From NCBI GenBank assembly GCA_963668355.1, contig OY764265.1, positions 768,001 through 832,000 on the forward strand: a DNA stretch of 64,000 nucleotides, given 5' to 3'. This DNA comes from Bdellovibrionota bacterium (GTDB taxonomy: Bacteria; Bdellovibrionota_G; JALEGL01; DATDPG01). The first letter of the stretch is position 1. Each line of letters starts with the position of its first letter. Below the pieces are notes generated by a model, which saw only the letters and a program-made list of their open reading frames with translations, was not told the origin of the DNA and did no database searches. The translations under genes were made by a program, and so were the position numbers. Of this stretch, positions 50,361 to 60,521 are shown piece by piece.

Positions 50361-51644
50361 ATGCTTTTGAAAACCGACGACCTGAAAACGCATTTTTTCC
50401 TGGGCATGGCCCTCCTTGCTTTAACGCTGGTCATGCGAACGGCTCTCTCCTGCCCGTTTTCTTTTCTTCCGTTTCTCGGGGCCTTCACGTTGATGGGATG
50501 GACTGCCATCTACGCAGCCATCCGTCCTCTCCCTACCTTAAACTCCTCGCGACTTCTTTTCTGGGGAATTCCTCTCTCGGCCTTCCTCTTGCGCATGCTC
50601 TTAGTCACCCCCACCCCCCTTCTTTCAAATGACGCGTATCGTTATATTTGGGATGGGGCCCTGATTTGGAATGGACTCAACCCCCTGTCTCTTTCTCCTT
50701 TGGAGGCGGTTGCTCAATTGCCCCACCTAAACATTCCACTTCCCCCCAACCACCAAAATATCCCCTCTCTCTATCCCTTAATCTCTCAAGTGTATTTTGC
50801 GCTTGGATTTTTACTCCACCCTTCGCCCCTCATTTTCGGAATCTTTGCATCGTTGTTGGATGCCTTCACGACATTTCTTCTTCTTTCACTCCTCCAAGAG
50901 CGAAAACAGCCTTTGAATTGGGTTTTTCTTTTTGCGTGGCATCCACTATCGATCATCGAGTCTGGACATGGGGGCCATGTGGAAGCTTTGGGGCTGTTTT
51001 TTCTGGTCTTGTGTCTCCGATTTGCTACCCGCCCCATACTTTCGGGTCTTTCTTTGGCTGGAGCCGCTTTGGTCAAATTGTGGCCTGTCATTTTATGCCC
51101 CATATTATGGAGTGGGAAACGCCTTCCTCGCATTCTGGCCTTTGGGATTTTGTTTTCGTTGGGCTTTCTGGCCCTGTGGAATCGAAGCCAACATTTTTCG
51201 GGCTTGTTGACCTACTTAGAAACCTGGGAGTTTCATGGAGCCGTTTTTAGTTTGGCCCGAGAGATTTTTTCCAATGAAGTGTCGCGATGGTTATGTCTTT
51301 CGGCATTTTTAATCGCCACCTTTTGGATTCTCTGGCGTCAGATGGATCTAACAAGTCCGTCACAAAAAGCCATCTCCATTCTCGTGGTGTTTTTGTATTG
51401 CGCCCCAACCATTCACCCCTGGTATGTTCTTTGGCTAATTCCCTTGCTGGTGCTTCACCCATCGCTTCCATGGATTTACCTTACGTTTGCCATGGTCAGC
51501 GCCTATGCAGTGTTACCCGCTTTCCTGGAAAGCCAAGTATGGATTGAGCCGAGCTGGCCCAAATGGGTGACTTATCTTCCGCCCCTGATTCTCTGGGGCA
51601 TTCGAAAAAGACCTTTTGATCGAAGGGTCAAGAAGGTGACATAA
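50361..51644 (+). CDS. GT-C fold membrane glycosyltransferase (GT87-like)
   Basis: LSNDAYRYIWDG, YP, WHPL..E..GH.E, HPWY; polytopic. Confidence 0.78.
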   Translation: MLLKTDDLKTHFFLGMALLALTLVMRTALSCPFSFLPFLGAFTLMGWTAIYAAIRPLPTLNSSRLLFWGIPLSAFLLRMLLVTPTPLLSNDAYRYIWDGALIWNGLNPLSLSPLEAVAQLPHLNIPLPPNHQNIPSLYPLISQVYFALGFLLHPSPLIFGIFASLLDAFTTFLLLSLLQERKQPLNWVFLFAWHPLSIIESGHGGHVEALGLFFLVLCLRFATRPILSGLSLAGAALVKLWPVILCPILWSGKRLPRILAFGILFSLGFLALWNRSQHFSGLLTYLETWEFHGAVFSLAREIFSNEVSRWLCLSAFLIATFWILWRQMDLTSPSQKAISILVVFLYCAPTIHPWYVLWLIPLLVLHPSLPWIYLTFAMVSAYAVLPAFLESQVWIEPSWPKWVTYLPPLILWGIRKRPFDRRVKKVT

Positions 51645-53038
51645 AGATACCCCAAGGCGAACAAGAGCAAGAAAGGCAACGCCCCCCACATCTTCTCATG
51701 GATGAGAATCCCAATAGCCGTAAGCAAATACAACGCAAACGCAGCCTCCAACCACGAAGTCCAGCCAACGTCCATGGCATAAAACACTTTGGCTTTCTTC
51801 TGACTTCCCTGCTTGGGCGTACGCACAAATGGCGTTTGTTTTCGACTCAAGCCTTCCAACACAGCCATGGCATTGTTCAATGCCACACCCACCCCCACAG
51901 AAATCAACAAGGGGATTTGAATCAATTTGGATTTCCAAGACTCCCCAGAACCTCTTCGCGTGTGATCAAAAAAGATCATCATGGCAATGAGGGGGAAGGA
52001 AAAAATCATGGCCTCTCCCAACCAGGCGAATTCCCCCCAACGCTCCCAGCGTGTGACCATGGCAAAGGGAGAAGAGATCACCAATAAGAAAATACAGACA
52101 TACGCCCAATTTGCCGTGAGATGAAAAAAGGATTCCACCTTGGCCCTTCGCTTAAGAGAAGAGTTAAGGACTTTCGGAAGAAGCTTTCGCGTGGTTTGAA
52201 CCGAGCCCTTACACCACCTTCTCTGCTGAGACTTGAAGGCCAAAATATCGGTGGGAAGTTCTGCTGGAACACGAACATCGGGGAGATAATGAAACTTCCA
52301 GCCCGCTAGCTGCGCGCGATAACTCAAATCCAAATCTTCCGTAAGCGTATCGGCCTGCCATCCTCCCACAGAGTCAATGGCGGTTCGTCTCCACACACCC
52401 GCCGTTCCATTGAAATTGATGAAAAAACCTGCGCGGGTTCTTGCCAAATGTTCAACCGTAAAGTGGCTATCAATCATGAGGGCTTGAACGCGCGTGAGCC
52501 ACGAGTCCTTTTCATTGAGATGTCCCCAACGCGCTTGTACCAAGCCAATATGTTCATCCTGAAATTCCGGAATGGTTCGCTGAAGAAAATCTTTCGTGGG
52601 AATAAAATCCGCATCAAAAATGGCAAGGAACTCTCCCGTGGAAGATTTCATTCCATTCGCCAACGCTCCAGCCTTATACCCCGTTCGGTTTTCCCGGTGC
52701 ACATAGTGAATCGAAATCCCCTTGCTCTTCCACTTCTCCACACAAGCGCGGGCCAATTCTTGGGTTAGGTCGGTGGAATCATCCAGGACTTGAATCTCAA
52801 ATCGGTCTCTCGGCCAATCCATTTGCGCCGTCGCATCAATCAAACGTTCGACAACCGTGGCTTCATTGAAAATCGGCAATTGAACCGTAACGGAGGGTTT
52901 CCAGGTTTCTGCCTGAATGACATCAACCTTCACCGGGGGTTTGGTTCGAAATAAATAGACGAGATAAAGTCGGTGAATCCCCAAAAGGATCAAAAGGGCT
53001 AGAGCTCCATAGTATATCGCCAACATGGACGTAAACAT
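51572..53038 (-). CDS. GT2 cellulose-synthase-like glycosyltransferase
   Basis: QLPIFNE, GYKAGAL, FDADF, TEDLD, QQRRW. Confidence 0.92.
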   Translation of the reverse strand: MFTSMLAIYYGALALLILLGIHRLYLVYLFRTKPPVKVDVIQAETWKPSVTVQLPIFNEATVVERLIDATAQMDWPRDRFEIQVLDDSTDLTQELARACVEKWKSKGISIHYVHRENRTGYKAGALANGMKSSTGEFLAIFDADFIPTKDFLQRTIPEFQDEHIGLVQARWGHLNEKDSWLTRVQALMIDSHFTVEHLARTRAGFFINFNGTAGVWRRTAIDSVGGWQADTLTEDLDLSYRAQLAGWKFHYLPDVRVPAELPTDILAFKSQQRRWCKGSVQTTRKLLPKVLNSSLKRRAKVESFFHLTANWAYVCIFLLVISSPFAMVTRWERWGEFAWLGEAMIFSFPLIAMMIFFDHTRRGSGESWKSKLIQIPLLISVGVGVALNNAMAVLEGLSRKQTPFVRTPKQGSQKKAKVFYAMDVGWTSWLEAAFALYLLTAIGILIHEKMWGALPFLLLFALGYLYVTFLTLRSKGLFRMPQRIRGGR

Positions 53039-53120
53039 GTGCGTCCTTCTCTACCACAAACCACAAAAAAAGAATCCCAAACCTTCACGCGAAAAATACG
53101 CCGCTCCAAGCCCGGAATTT

Positions 53121-54005
53121 TTAGAAAAACACTTCGATATTGGCGGTATAGCTTTCGTAGGTGGGGTTTAAGCGTTGTGAAAACGTAAACCCGGCGGCGA
53201 CTTTAGGACCCACCGTGGCCAGTCCAATTGAATAAAAATTATTGTCTCGCATGCGATCCAACCCGAAGCCACCTCGAACAAAAACTCCCTCCGTGGCACG
53301 AATCTCTCCTCCAAAATTAGCATTTGTGGATCCTGCGGCCCCTGTGGACTCAAAGTCTTTCACGATATCCACCGCAAACCGTGCGTGGGGTTTTAGGAGT
53401 AAGGCCGCTCCAAAACCGAGTTGAAATGGAAATTCTTCCACGTCATGACCTCGAATTAAGTTATGAGTGGTCACGGCCAAGGAAAGAAATTCAATGGGTT
53501 TAAGCAATAACCCCAAATCGACATCCACACCATCCGGACCATCCGCCCCAACCGCTGAAATGGAAGAAAAATATCCTTTCAACGTTCCCCCGATATTGAT
53601 CATGGGTCCTACTTCCGTGGCCAAAGAGGCCGAAATCATCTGAACGGTGACATCATTTCCCACGGAAAAAACATCTCGATCATAAGAAAGACCCATGCCC
53701 ACTTTTTCGGAAGCCTTGAAATCCACAATGGCCACACTGAATGCATTCGATTTCGTCAAACGGTGGTGCATGTAATCCCCGCCTGCCGCGACTTTTCCGC
53801 GGAACTGCGCAATTCCGGCTGGATTGTAAAGAATCGTAGCCGTGGTATCTGCCAACGCACGAAAAGCCCCACCAAATGACATGGGCACAGATTTCTGAAA
53901 CATGTTCTGTGTAAAATCAATTCCCTGCTGGGCTTGAGCCGATGAAGACAACATCAGAAAAGCCAAAACTAGAAAAGGTGTCAGTTTAAAACGCAGCAAT
54001 TTCAT
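53121..54005 (-). CDS. Outer-membrane barrel, FadL/PorV-like
   Basis: Signal peptide; MSFGGAFRA..D..A..YNPAG; C-terminal F. Confidence 0.7.
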   Translation of the reverse strand: MKLLRFKLTPFLVLAFLMLSSSAQAQQGIDFTQNMFQKSVPMSFGGAFRALADTTATILYNPAGIAQFRGKVAAGGDYMHHRLTKSNAFSVAIVDFKASEKVGMGLSYDRDVFSVGNDVTVQMISASLATEVGPMINIGGTLKGYFSSISAVGADGPDGVDVDLGLLLKPIEFLSLAVTTHNLIRGHDVEEFPFQLGFGAALLLKPHARFAVDIVKDFESTGAAGSTNANFGGEIRATEGVFVRGGFGLDRMRDNNFYSIGLATVGPKVAAGFTFSQRLNPTYESYTANIEVFF

Positions 54006-54768
54006 CCACACAAGACTTCACCAATTCAGACATGGCAGCAGAGAGGTTGGCTTCCGAAGAAACACGTTTCACCTTTTCTGTGGAGAAGGTCCCTTCATGC
54101 TTGGAAAAGTACTTTACTTTCACCAAACGAGCCCCGCCAATCGGAGGGGAAACAGAACCGACGAAAACACCATCCAAACTGTGTTGAGACAACAAACCCT
54201 TCACGGATGACTCAGAATCGGGGTTAATTCCCTTTCCTGTGACATTTCCTTGAAAATCGAACCCGCCGCTTTGCCTCAAATTGGAAATGAAATATTTCCG
54301 GGCATCCGCGAGAAAGGCTTCTCCAGGATTGGAGCCAGAAAAGTTGAGAACCGCGACTTTCTTCTGTCCCGAGATGGTGGATCCTTCCGTAGGAAGTTCG
54401 TCATCCAACGCCAAATCCAACAACTCGTCCCCGGGGTCTTTCATTTCTTGAGGCTGAGGAGCTGGAGCGCTTGAAGTACTCCAACGCTTATACGTGCGAA
54501 TATTTTTTTCTTCTACCCATCCGATGCCAATATTGTCATCCGGAGAACGACTCACCCGGACCCAACCTTTTCGTACTTTTCCCGGATCATCCACAACATA
54601 TATGGAATCCCCAACATTCAGACGCTCGGGCAATACTTCACCCGTATCCGTCGTAATGTCGACATTGTTGGCCGTCACAATTCCTGGGCTCACGCCAGCT
54701 TGGGCCCACAAAGAAGGCGCAAACAAAAGCGAAAGCAGGATTAAAAACCGAAAGCCTATTCTTGCCAT
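53986..54768 (-). CDS. Exported protein, SH3-like domain plus TolB-N/CsgG-like domain
   Basis: Signal peptide LWA|; GWVRV..GWV; KKVAVLNF. Confidence 0.55.
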   Translation of the reverse strand: MARIGFRFLILLSLLFAPSLWAQAGVSPGIVTANNVDITTDTGEVLPERLNVGDSIYVVDDPGKVRKGWVRVSRSPDDNIGIGWVEEKNIRTYKRWSTSSAPAPQPQEMKDPGDELLDLALDDELPTEGSTISGQKKVAVLNFSGSNPGEAFLADARKYFISNLRQSGGFDFQGNVTGKGINPDSESSVKGLLSQHSLDGVFVGSVSPPIGGARLVKVKYFSKHEGTFSTEKVKRVSSEANLSAAMSELVKSCVDEIAAF

Positions 54769-55187
54769 TCGAGTTGTTCCTCCGGAGCTTGTTTGTGGGA
54801 AACGATGACATCTCGGATGAATTCCGCGTTGTACGGAACATCGCGACCTAAGATCCGTCGATGGCATTTGTCACACGTTCTTCCGATATCCGCCGGAAGT
54901 TGGGGAGACACAACCAATTCGAAGTGACCGTCTTCTTTATTCTCCGCCCAGGGATTTCCTAGGTGGCACGTGTCACAACGATAATTGTGATTCCGCGCAA
55001 TAGGTTTCTGATACACATGACAAGGCAAACAGACACGTTCACTGCCCCACATTTGTTCAGCTTCACTTTTCGCTTTCACTCCCGAAGAACCGGCGCATGA
55101 GATCAACTGCAAACTCAAACAACCGCCAATCAACGTGAAGAAAGCAACCCTAATCCTTTTTTTCGTTCGATGCGTCAAAGTGCCCAT
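54756..55187 (-). CDS. Small triheme c-type cytochrome lipoprotein
   Basis: Lipobox LISC; CLPCH, CDTCH, CDKCH. Confidence 0.75.
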   Translation of the reverse strand: MGTLTHRTKKRIRVAFFTLIGGCLSLQLISCAGSSGVKAKSEAEQMWGSERVCLPCHVYQKPIARNHNYRCDTCHLGNPWAENKEDGHFELVVSPQLPADIGRTCDKCHRRILGRDVPYNAEFIRDVIVSHKQAPEEQLEWQE

Positions 55188-55228
55188 TAGTTTATCAAAA
55201 AATGTCTGTTTTCTGTATCATTTCAACC

Positions 55229-56710
55229 ATGACGACGCCTGGCTATGTTTTGGCCATTGACCAAGGAACCACGGGAACCACCGCAATTCTCTTCAATCAA
55301 GACGGCCAGATCATCGAAAAAGCGTATGAAGAGTTCTCCCAGTACTTCCCTCAGAGCGGGTGGGTCGAACATGACGCAGAAGAAATCTTTGAATCTGCGC
55401 TGTCGGTTTGTCGCGATCTCCTTCGAAAAACCCAAATCTCGCCAGAGCATATTGTAACAACCGGAATCACAAACCAGCGCGAAACCGTGGTCGTTTGGGA
55501 CCGAAGCTCTGGAAAACCGATTGCACCCGCCATTGTTTGGCAATGCCGTCGAACCACAGACATGTGCAAAGACCTAAAAAACCAAGGCCTTGAAAAGGAA
55601 ATCACAGCAAAAACAGGACTCATCTTGGACCCTTATTTTTCTGCCACCAAACTGGCCTGGCTTTTGGAAAACATTCCTGGAGCCAAGAAAAAAGCCGAAC
55701 AAGGAGAGCTTGCTTTTGGGAATATTGACAGTTGGTTGGTCTACTGTCTTTCCAAGGGGACGACACATGTCACAGACTTCACCAACGCCAGCCGAACCTT
55801 ACTTTTCGATATTCATCGAAAGAAGTGGTCTTCGCGGTTATGCGAAATTTTTGATCTTCCCGAATCTCTTTTACCCCGAGTCGTCCATTCTTCTGAAGAC
55901 ATCGCGAACATAGATGCCTCCTTTTTCGGCCATCCAATTTGCATTTCCGGAATGGCAGGCGACCAACAATCCGCCCTTTACGGCCACGGAGCCACAAAAC
56001 CAGGAATGACCAAATGTACATTTGGAACGGGAGCGTTCGCCGTGACCTACACCGGATCCAAAGCGGTAGACTCCAAACATGGTTTGCTTTCCACGCTGGC
56101 CTGCGACGACAACGGAAAACCAGCCTATGCCTTGGAAGGATCCATTTTCATGGCCGGAGCCACCATTCAATGGCTGCGAGACGAACTGAGGTTGATCCAA
56201 AAAGCTTCTGAAACGGAAGGAATTGCAAACTCCATTCAAGACACACAAGGCGTCTATTTGGTTCCAGCTTTTACGGGACTAGGGGCCCCCCACTGGGATC
56301 CAACGGCGCGAGGGGCTCTGGTAGGACTTACCCGAGGCACAAACAGGAGGCACATCATTCGAGCCGCTTTGGAATCCATTGCACACCAAACCGTAGATCT
56401 GGTTGAAGCCATGGAAAACGATTGTGGTGTTCCCATCCGAGAGCTTTGCGTGGATGGCGGAGCCATCGAAAATCAATTTTTGGCACAGCATCTTTCTGAT
56501 TTGTTGAACAAGCCCCTACGACGACCCAAGCTCTTGGAAATGACCGCTTTGGGAGCTGCAAAATTGGCTGCAAAGGCGAAATGTTTTTGGAATGAAAACG
56601 CCTCTCCCTCGTATCTGGAAGATTCATTTCTTCCCTCCATGTCATCATCTGAGCGCGACAAACTTCGGTCCGGCTGGAAACAGGCGGTGGACAGAGTCGT
56701 CAACACCTAG
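55229..56710 (+). CDS. glpK: Glycerol kinase
   Basis: AIDQGTT, GITNQRET, IVWQCRRT, PYFSATK, GDQQ, PAFTGLGAP. Confidence 0.95.
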   Translation: MTTPGYVLAIDQGTTGTTAILFNQDGQIIEKAYEEFSQYFPQSGWVEHDAEEIFESALSVCRDLLRKTQISPEHIVTTGITNQRETVVVWDRSSGKPIAPAIVWQCRRTTDMCKDLKNQGLEKEITAKTGLILDPYFSATKLAWLLENIPGAKKKAEQGELAFGNIDSWLVYCLSKGTTHVTDFTNASRTLLFDIHRKKWSSRLCEIFDLPESLLPRVVHSSEDIANIDASFFGHPICISGMAGDQQSALYGHGATKPGMTKCTFGTGAFAVTYTGSKAVDSKHGLLSTLACDDNGKPAYALEGSIFMAGATIQWLRDELRLIQKASETEGIANSIQDTQGVYLVPAFTGLGAPHWDPTARGALVGLTRGTNRRHIIRAALESIAHQTVDLVEAMENDCGVPIRELCVDGGAIENQFLAQHLSDLLNKPLRRPKLLEMTALGAAKLAAKAKCFWNENASPSYLEDSFLPSMSSSERDKLRSGWKQAVDRVVNT

Positions 56711-56743
56711 TCAACTCGTGGTATAATGGAAATCTCGTCTTCT

Positions 56744-58399
56744 ATGTCTGAACAACTCTCAACACTTCCCTGTCCCTTTTGTGCGGAACGAATCCAAGCC
56801 GAAGCCACACATTGTCGGTTCTGCCAAGCCGACATTCGGGCCCATCTACTCTTAAAAAGGAAAGTGGTTCGGTCTCAAGTTTCTCAAGCCACACGAGAGC
56901 TGTTCGCGCTTTTCGGCCCCGAGCGCGTTTCGACATACGGCACACTTCGAAAGCGAATGACACAGACCAAGAAACCCTTGGTGGAAGAAGCCAATCTTCG
57001 AGAATGTGAAGCCGCCAAACAGATCATTGAACACTATGGGGGACAAGTCACCTTTGTCCGAGCGAGAAACTCTGAATCCGCCGTTTCAACAGTTCGCCCT
57101 TCAACCTCTCGCGCGGTCGAAGCCGGGTCGTTTTTGGCGGCGTTGTTCGCCCTGGGAATTAGTCTTTATTATTACTTTGAACCCACATCGACCCCGGAAC
57201 CTTTGAAGGCAGAGAACGCTTCATCCCAGAAAATCGACATCAACATAAAACCCGATGCGCTTGAGCTTGAAAAACCGATCGAGCTTACGGAATCCAAAAA
57301 AGAAAAAGCCCTTCCGGATGCCCCCATTCATTTGAAGAAACTCATTGCGGCCACCGCCATGCTTTCCGGGAATGGCGTCACAGGTTCTGCCTTTTTCATT
57401 CATCCCAATGGATTTCTCATCACCAACCACCATGTCATTGACACCATGACCTCCATTGAGGTGACCACTTCGAACGGACAAAAGTACCCCGCCACGCTCC
57501 TTCGCAAAGATAAGGACTCTGACTTGGCCCTGATTCGTGTGGATGGAGGGGGTCCTTTCCCCACTTTGAGAATGGGTGATGCCACGAGTCTGGAGGTCGG
57601 AGAAACCGTGTGGACCATTGGAGCCCCTCACGGTCTTTCCTTTACGGTCACGAAGGGAATCGTCAGTTTTGTGGGTCGAAAAATCAAAGGACGCGCCTAT
57701 GTCCAAGCCGATGTCGCCATTAACCCAGGAAATTCTGGGGGGCCTATGATCAATCAAAAAGGGGAAGTGATCGGCATCAACAATTTCATCATTTCAAATG
57801 CACAAGGACTCAATTTCGCCATCCCCATCAATTATATTTACATGGGTCCTCATGCGATTTCCGCAGGCGTTTTAAATTTAGTTGAAGATAATTCCGTGAT
57901 GGCTTCTTGGCGAGAAGGGGAAGGAGCGTCGCAATCAAATGATTTTTCAACTGCCCCAAATTCGCCCCGTCCGAATTCAAACTTAAGTGGATTTAATCGC
58001 ATCATGAAACAAGTGAAGGAAAAGCAAAAAGGCTTTCTCCAAAGCACAAACCGGGAACAGGCTGAAATCACTAGACTTCAGAGGAGTCGGAACCAAGCTC
58101 AACAGCAGGCTCAAAGCGCTAGATCGATTTCGGAAGAAACCCGAATTCAACAAAGAATCGGGTCGCTCAACCAACATATTCTCGAAAAAGAAATTTTGGT
58201 CTTAGAACAAACCATTCGTTTCAGTTCAGACGCCGAAAGACTACTCAACCAAGCCCGAAATATGTTACAAATAGAGTCTACCCGTAGGGCGGGAATTGAC
58301 GCTGAGATTCAAAAACTTCGCCAAGCCATTCGAACGGCAAAAGCTCAAATAACGGCGAAGAAAGATGAACTCAGAACTGAAAAACAAAAAGTGTATTGA
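56744..58399 (+). CDS. Trypsin-like serine protease (S1C) with N-terminal Zn ribbon, TM and C-terminal coiled coil
   Basis: CPFC/CRFC; TNHHV, DLAL, GNSGGP intact; TGGTATAAT overlapping ATG 56726 favours the start at 56744. Confidence 0.88.
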   Translation: MSEQLSTLPCPFCAERIQAEATHCRFCQADIRAHLLLKRKVVRSQVSQATRELFALFGPERVSTYGTLRKRMTQTKKPLVEEANLRECEAAKQIIEHYGGQVTFVRARNSESAVSTVRPSTSRAVEAGSFLAALFALGISLYYYFEPTSTPEPLKAENASSQKIDINIKPDALELEKPIELTESKKEKALPDAPIHLKKLIAATAMLSGNGVTGSAFFIHPNGFLITNHHVIDTMTSIEVTTSNGQKYPATLLRKDKDSDLALIRVDGGGPFPTLRMGDATSLEVGETVWTIGAPHGLSFTVTKGIVSFVGRKIKGRAYVQADVAINPGNSGGPMINQKGEVIGINNFIISNAQGLNFAIPINYIYMGPHAISAGVLNLVEDNSVMASWREGEGASQSNDFSTAPNSPRPNSNLSGFNRIMKQVKEKQKGFLQSTNREQAEITRLQRSRNQAQQQAQSARSISEETRIQQRIGSLNQHILEKEILVLEQTIRFSSDAERLLNQARNMLQIESTRRAGIDAEIQKLRQAIRTAKAQITAKKDELRTEKQKVY

Positions 58400-58451
58400 G
58401 CGAACCTCGATCGTTCAATCGTAAAAAGTTAAGAGTGGTAAGGAGGGTACC

Positions 58452-59087
58452 ATTCCTAAGAATAGCTGTACTTCTGAGCTCCGGATTGTTTCGGAACAAA
58501 CCGAAAAACTGTTCTTTCCCAAAGAATCCACGCGCAACCTCATTCGCTCTCTCGAAAGAAAGGATCGCTATACCGCCAGCCATTCCAGAAGAGTTCGTTT
58601 TTATGTTTCGTTGATTTTGGAAGGCATGGACGTTTCTCTTCATGAAGGGGTCATCATTCAAAAAGCTGCCCTCTTGCATGATATTGGGAAGCTTGTAATT
58701 GATTTGAGGTCTCTTCATCGAGTGGGGCCTCTCACACCAGAGGAAGTCCAACGTTTTCGGCTTCACCCCAAACGAGGACGGGAACTTTTAGAGATTGACC
58801 ATTCGTTCCATGAAGTTCTGCCTTTGGTTTATCACCATCACGAACGCGTTGACGGCAAGGGATACCCTGAAGGCATTTGTGGAGAGGAAATTCCTTTGGG
58901 AGCAAGAGTCATTGCAATCGCCGACAGTTTCGACGCAATGGTCAGCCATCGCGTATATCGAAAAGCGCTCACTCCCAAACTTGCGTTGGAGGAAATTCAA
59001 CGCTGTTCAGGAAGTCAGTTTGACAAAGAGCTTTCCGACTTATTCGCAAGCCAATTGCGAAAGCACATTGCGGAACAGCCGACCTAA
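58452..59087 (+). CDS. HD-GYP domain phosphodiesterase, probable ATT start
   Basis: DRYTASHSRRV upstream of TTG 58611, LHDIGK, HHERVDGKGYP; TAAGGAGG SD at 58439-58446. Confidence 0.85.
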   Translation: MPKNSCTSELRIVSEQTEKLFFPKESTRNLIRSLERKDRYTASHSRRVRFYVSLILEGMDVSLHEGVIIQKAALLHDIGKLVIDLRSLHRVGPLTPEEVQRFRLHPKRGRELLEIDHSFHEVLPLVYHHHERVDGKGYPEGICGEEIPLGARVIAIADSFDAMVSHRVYRKALTPKLALEEIQRCSGSQFDKELSDLFASQLRKHIAEQPT

Positions 59088-59163
59088 GCAGGCCATATGC
59101 CATTTCCTAAGCTTCTTTTTTGGCATCCTTGCTGAATATCCGGCTACCGGTTAGTTTACGATC

Positions 59164-60519
59164 GTGGCCAAACGAAAGACGCATTTTATTTGTCAGCAAT
59201 GTGGGTATGACTCCCCCAAATGGCTCGGACGATGTCCGGAATGTCAGGAGTGGAATACCCTTACTGAGGAAACCGTGGCGACCACAACCCCTTCCGGTTC
59301 TCGAAGTAACCTTGGAATTACTTCTCGCCCCACCCTACTCAACGACATTTCTGAAAAAGATTTGTCACGCATCTGCTTGCCCATGACGGAACTCAACCGA
59401 GTTTTGGGAGGAGGTTTGACACGAGGGTCGGTGGTTCTTCTGGCGGGTGATCCCGGCGTCGGCAAATCCACACTTTTACTTCAGCTCGTCGGACAAATTT
59501 CAGATCAACATCCCAAAGGGGTGCTGTATGTCTCGGGGGAAGAATCTCTCACTCAACTCAAACAACGTGGAAACCGCTTGGGTATCGGTGGAGATCGCCT
59601 GGTCGTTTTGGCTGAAACCAATCTCATGGAGATCTTGACCCATCTGGAGAAAACGCAACCGGAGGTTCTGGTCATTGACTCCGTGCAAACCTTGTTTTGG
59701 CCCGAGCTCACGTCCATTCCCGGAAGTGTAAGTCAGGTCCGTGAAGTCGCGGATCGTTTGGTTCGTTTTGCAAAGGCCAGAAACGTTACCGTCATTTTGG
59801 TTGGTCACGTAACGCGAGAAGGAAGCATCGCGGGGCCCATGGCGCTGGAACATCTTGTGGACACGGTTCTTTTCTTTGAAGGAGAGAAGGGCCAGTCGTA
59901 TCGCATTCTTCGCTCCACCAAAAATCGTTTTGGCCCCACCAATGAGATTGGCGTGTACGACATGCATGAGTCGGGCTTGAGAGAAGTGGAAAACCCTTCG
60001 GAATTTTTTCTCAAAGACCGCCCGGAAGGAACTCCGGGGACTGTGGTTTTTCCTGCCATGGAAGGATCCAGGCCTCTCCTGGTCGAAGTTCAGGGATTGG
60101 CCGCCTCAAGTTCATATGGCGTTCCTCTGCGCAATGCCATCGGTTTTGACAAAAACCGTCTCACGATGCTTTTGGCGGTGCTGGAAAAAAGAGCGGGAAT
60201 GCAGCTCAGCGATCAAGACATTTATGTCAACATCGTGGGAGGCATTCGAATCACAGAAACGGCCGTGGATTTGGCCGTTATGGCCGCAGTGGTCAGCAGC
60301 TTTGTCGGAAAACGCCTACCCTTGAAATCCATTGTGTTCGGAGAAGTGGGCTTAACTGGAGAGGTTCGAGCCACGTCTCAGGGAGAGTCGCGCATCCGTG
60401 AAGCTGAGAAGTTGGGCTTTGGACGAGCCATCCTCCCGGCCAATAATGAATTTGAAAAGACACGACTGGAATGTCATGCCATTCAGAATGTGAATGACCT
60501 CATTGATTTGATCCGTTGA
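59164..60519 (+). CDS. radA: DNA repair protein RadA/Sms
   Basis: C4 zinc finger, GDPGVGKS, KNRFG, Lon-like C-terminal domain. Confidence 0.97.
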   Translation: MAKRKTHFICQQCGYDSPKWLGRCPECQEWNTLTEETVATTTPSGSRSNLGITSRPTLLNDISEKDLSRICLPMTELNRVLGGGLTRGSVVLLAGDPGVGKSTLLLQLVGQISDQHPKGVLYVSGEESLTQLKQRGNRLGIGGDRLVVLAETNLMEILTHLEKTQPEVLVIDSVQTLFWPELTSIPGSVSQVREVADRLVRFAKARNVTVILVGHVTREGSIAGPMALEHLVDTVLFFEGEKGQSYRILRSTKNRFGPTNEIGVYDMHESGLREVENPSEFFLKDRPEGTPGTVVFPAMEGSRPLLVEVQGLAASSSYGVPLRNAIGFDKNRLTMLLAVLEKRAGMQLSDQDIYVNIVGGIRITETAVDLAVMAAVVSSFVGKRLPLKSIVFGEVGLTGEVRATSQGESRIREAEKLGFGRAILPANNEFEKTRLECHAIQNVNDLIDLIR

Positions 60520-60521
60520 TT

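Noticed and set aside
58396..58614. 72-aa ORF or frameshift upstream of HD-GYP
   Set aside because: HD-GYP motifs continue in frame upstream of 58611, so no frameshift is needed and this ORF is an alternate-frame artefact.
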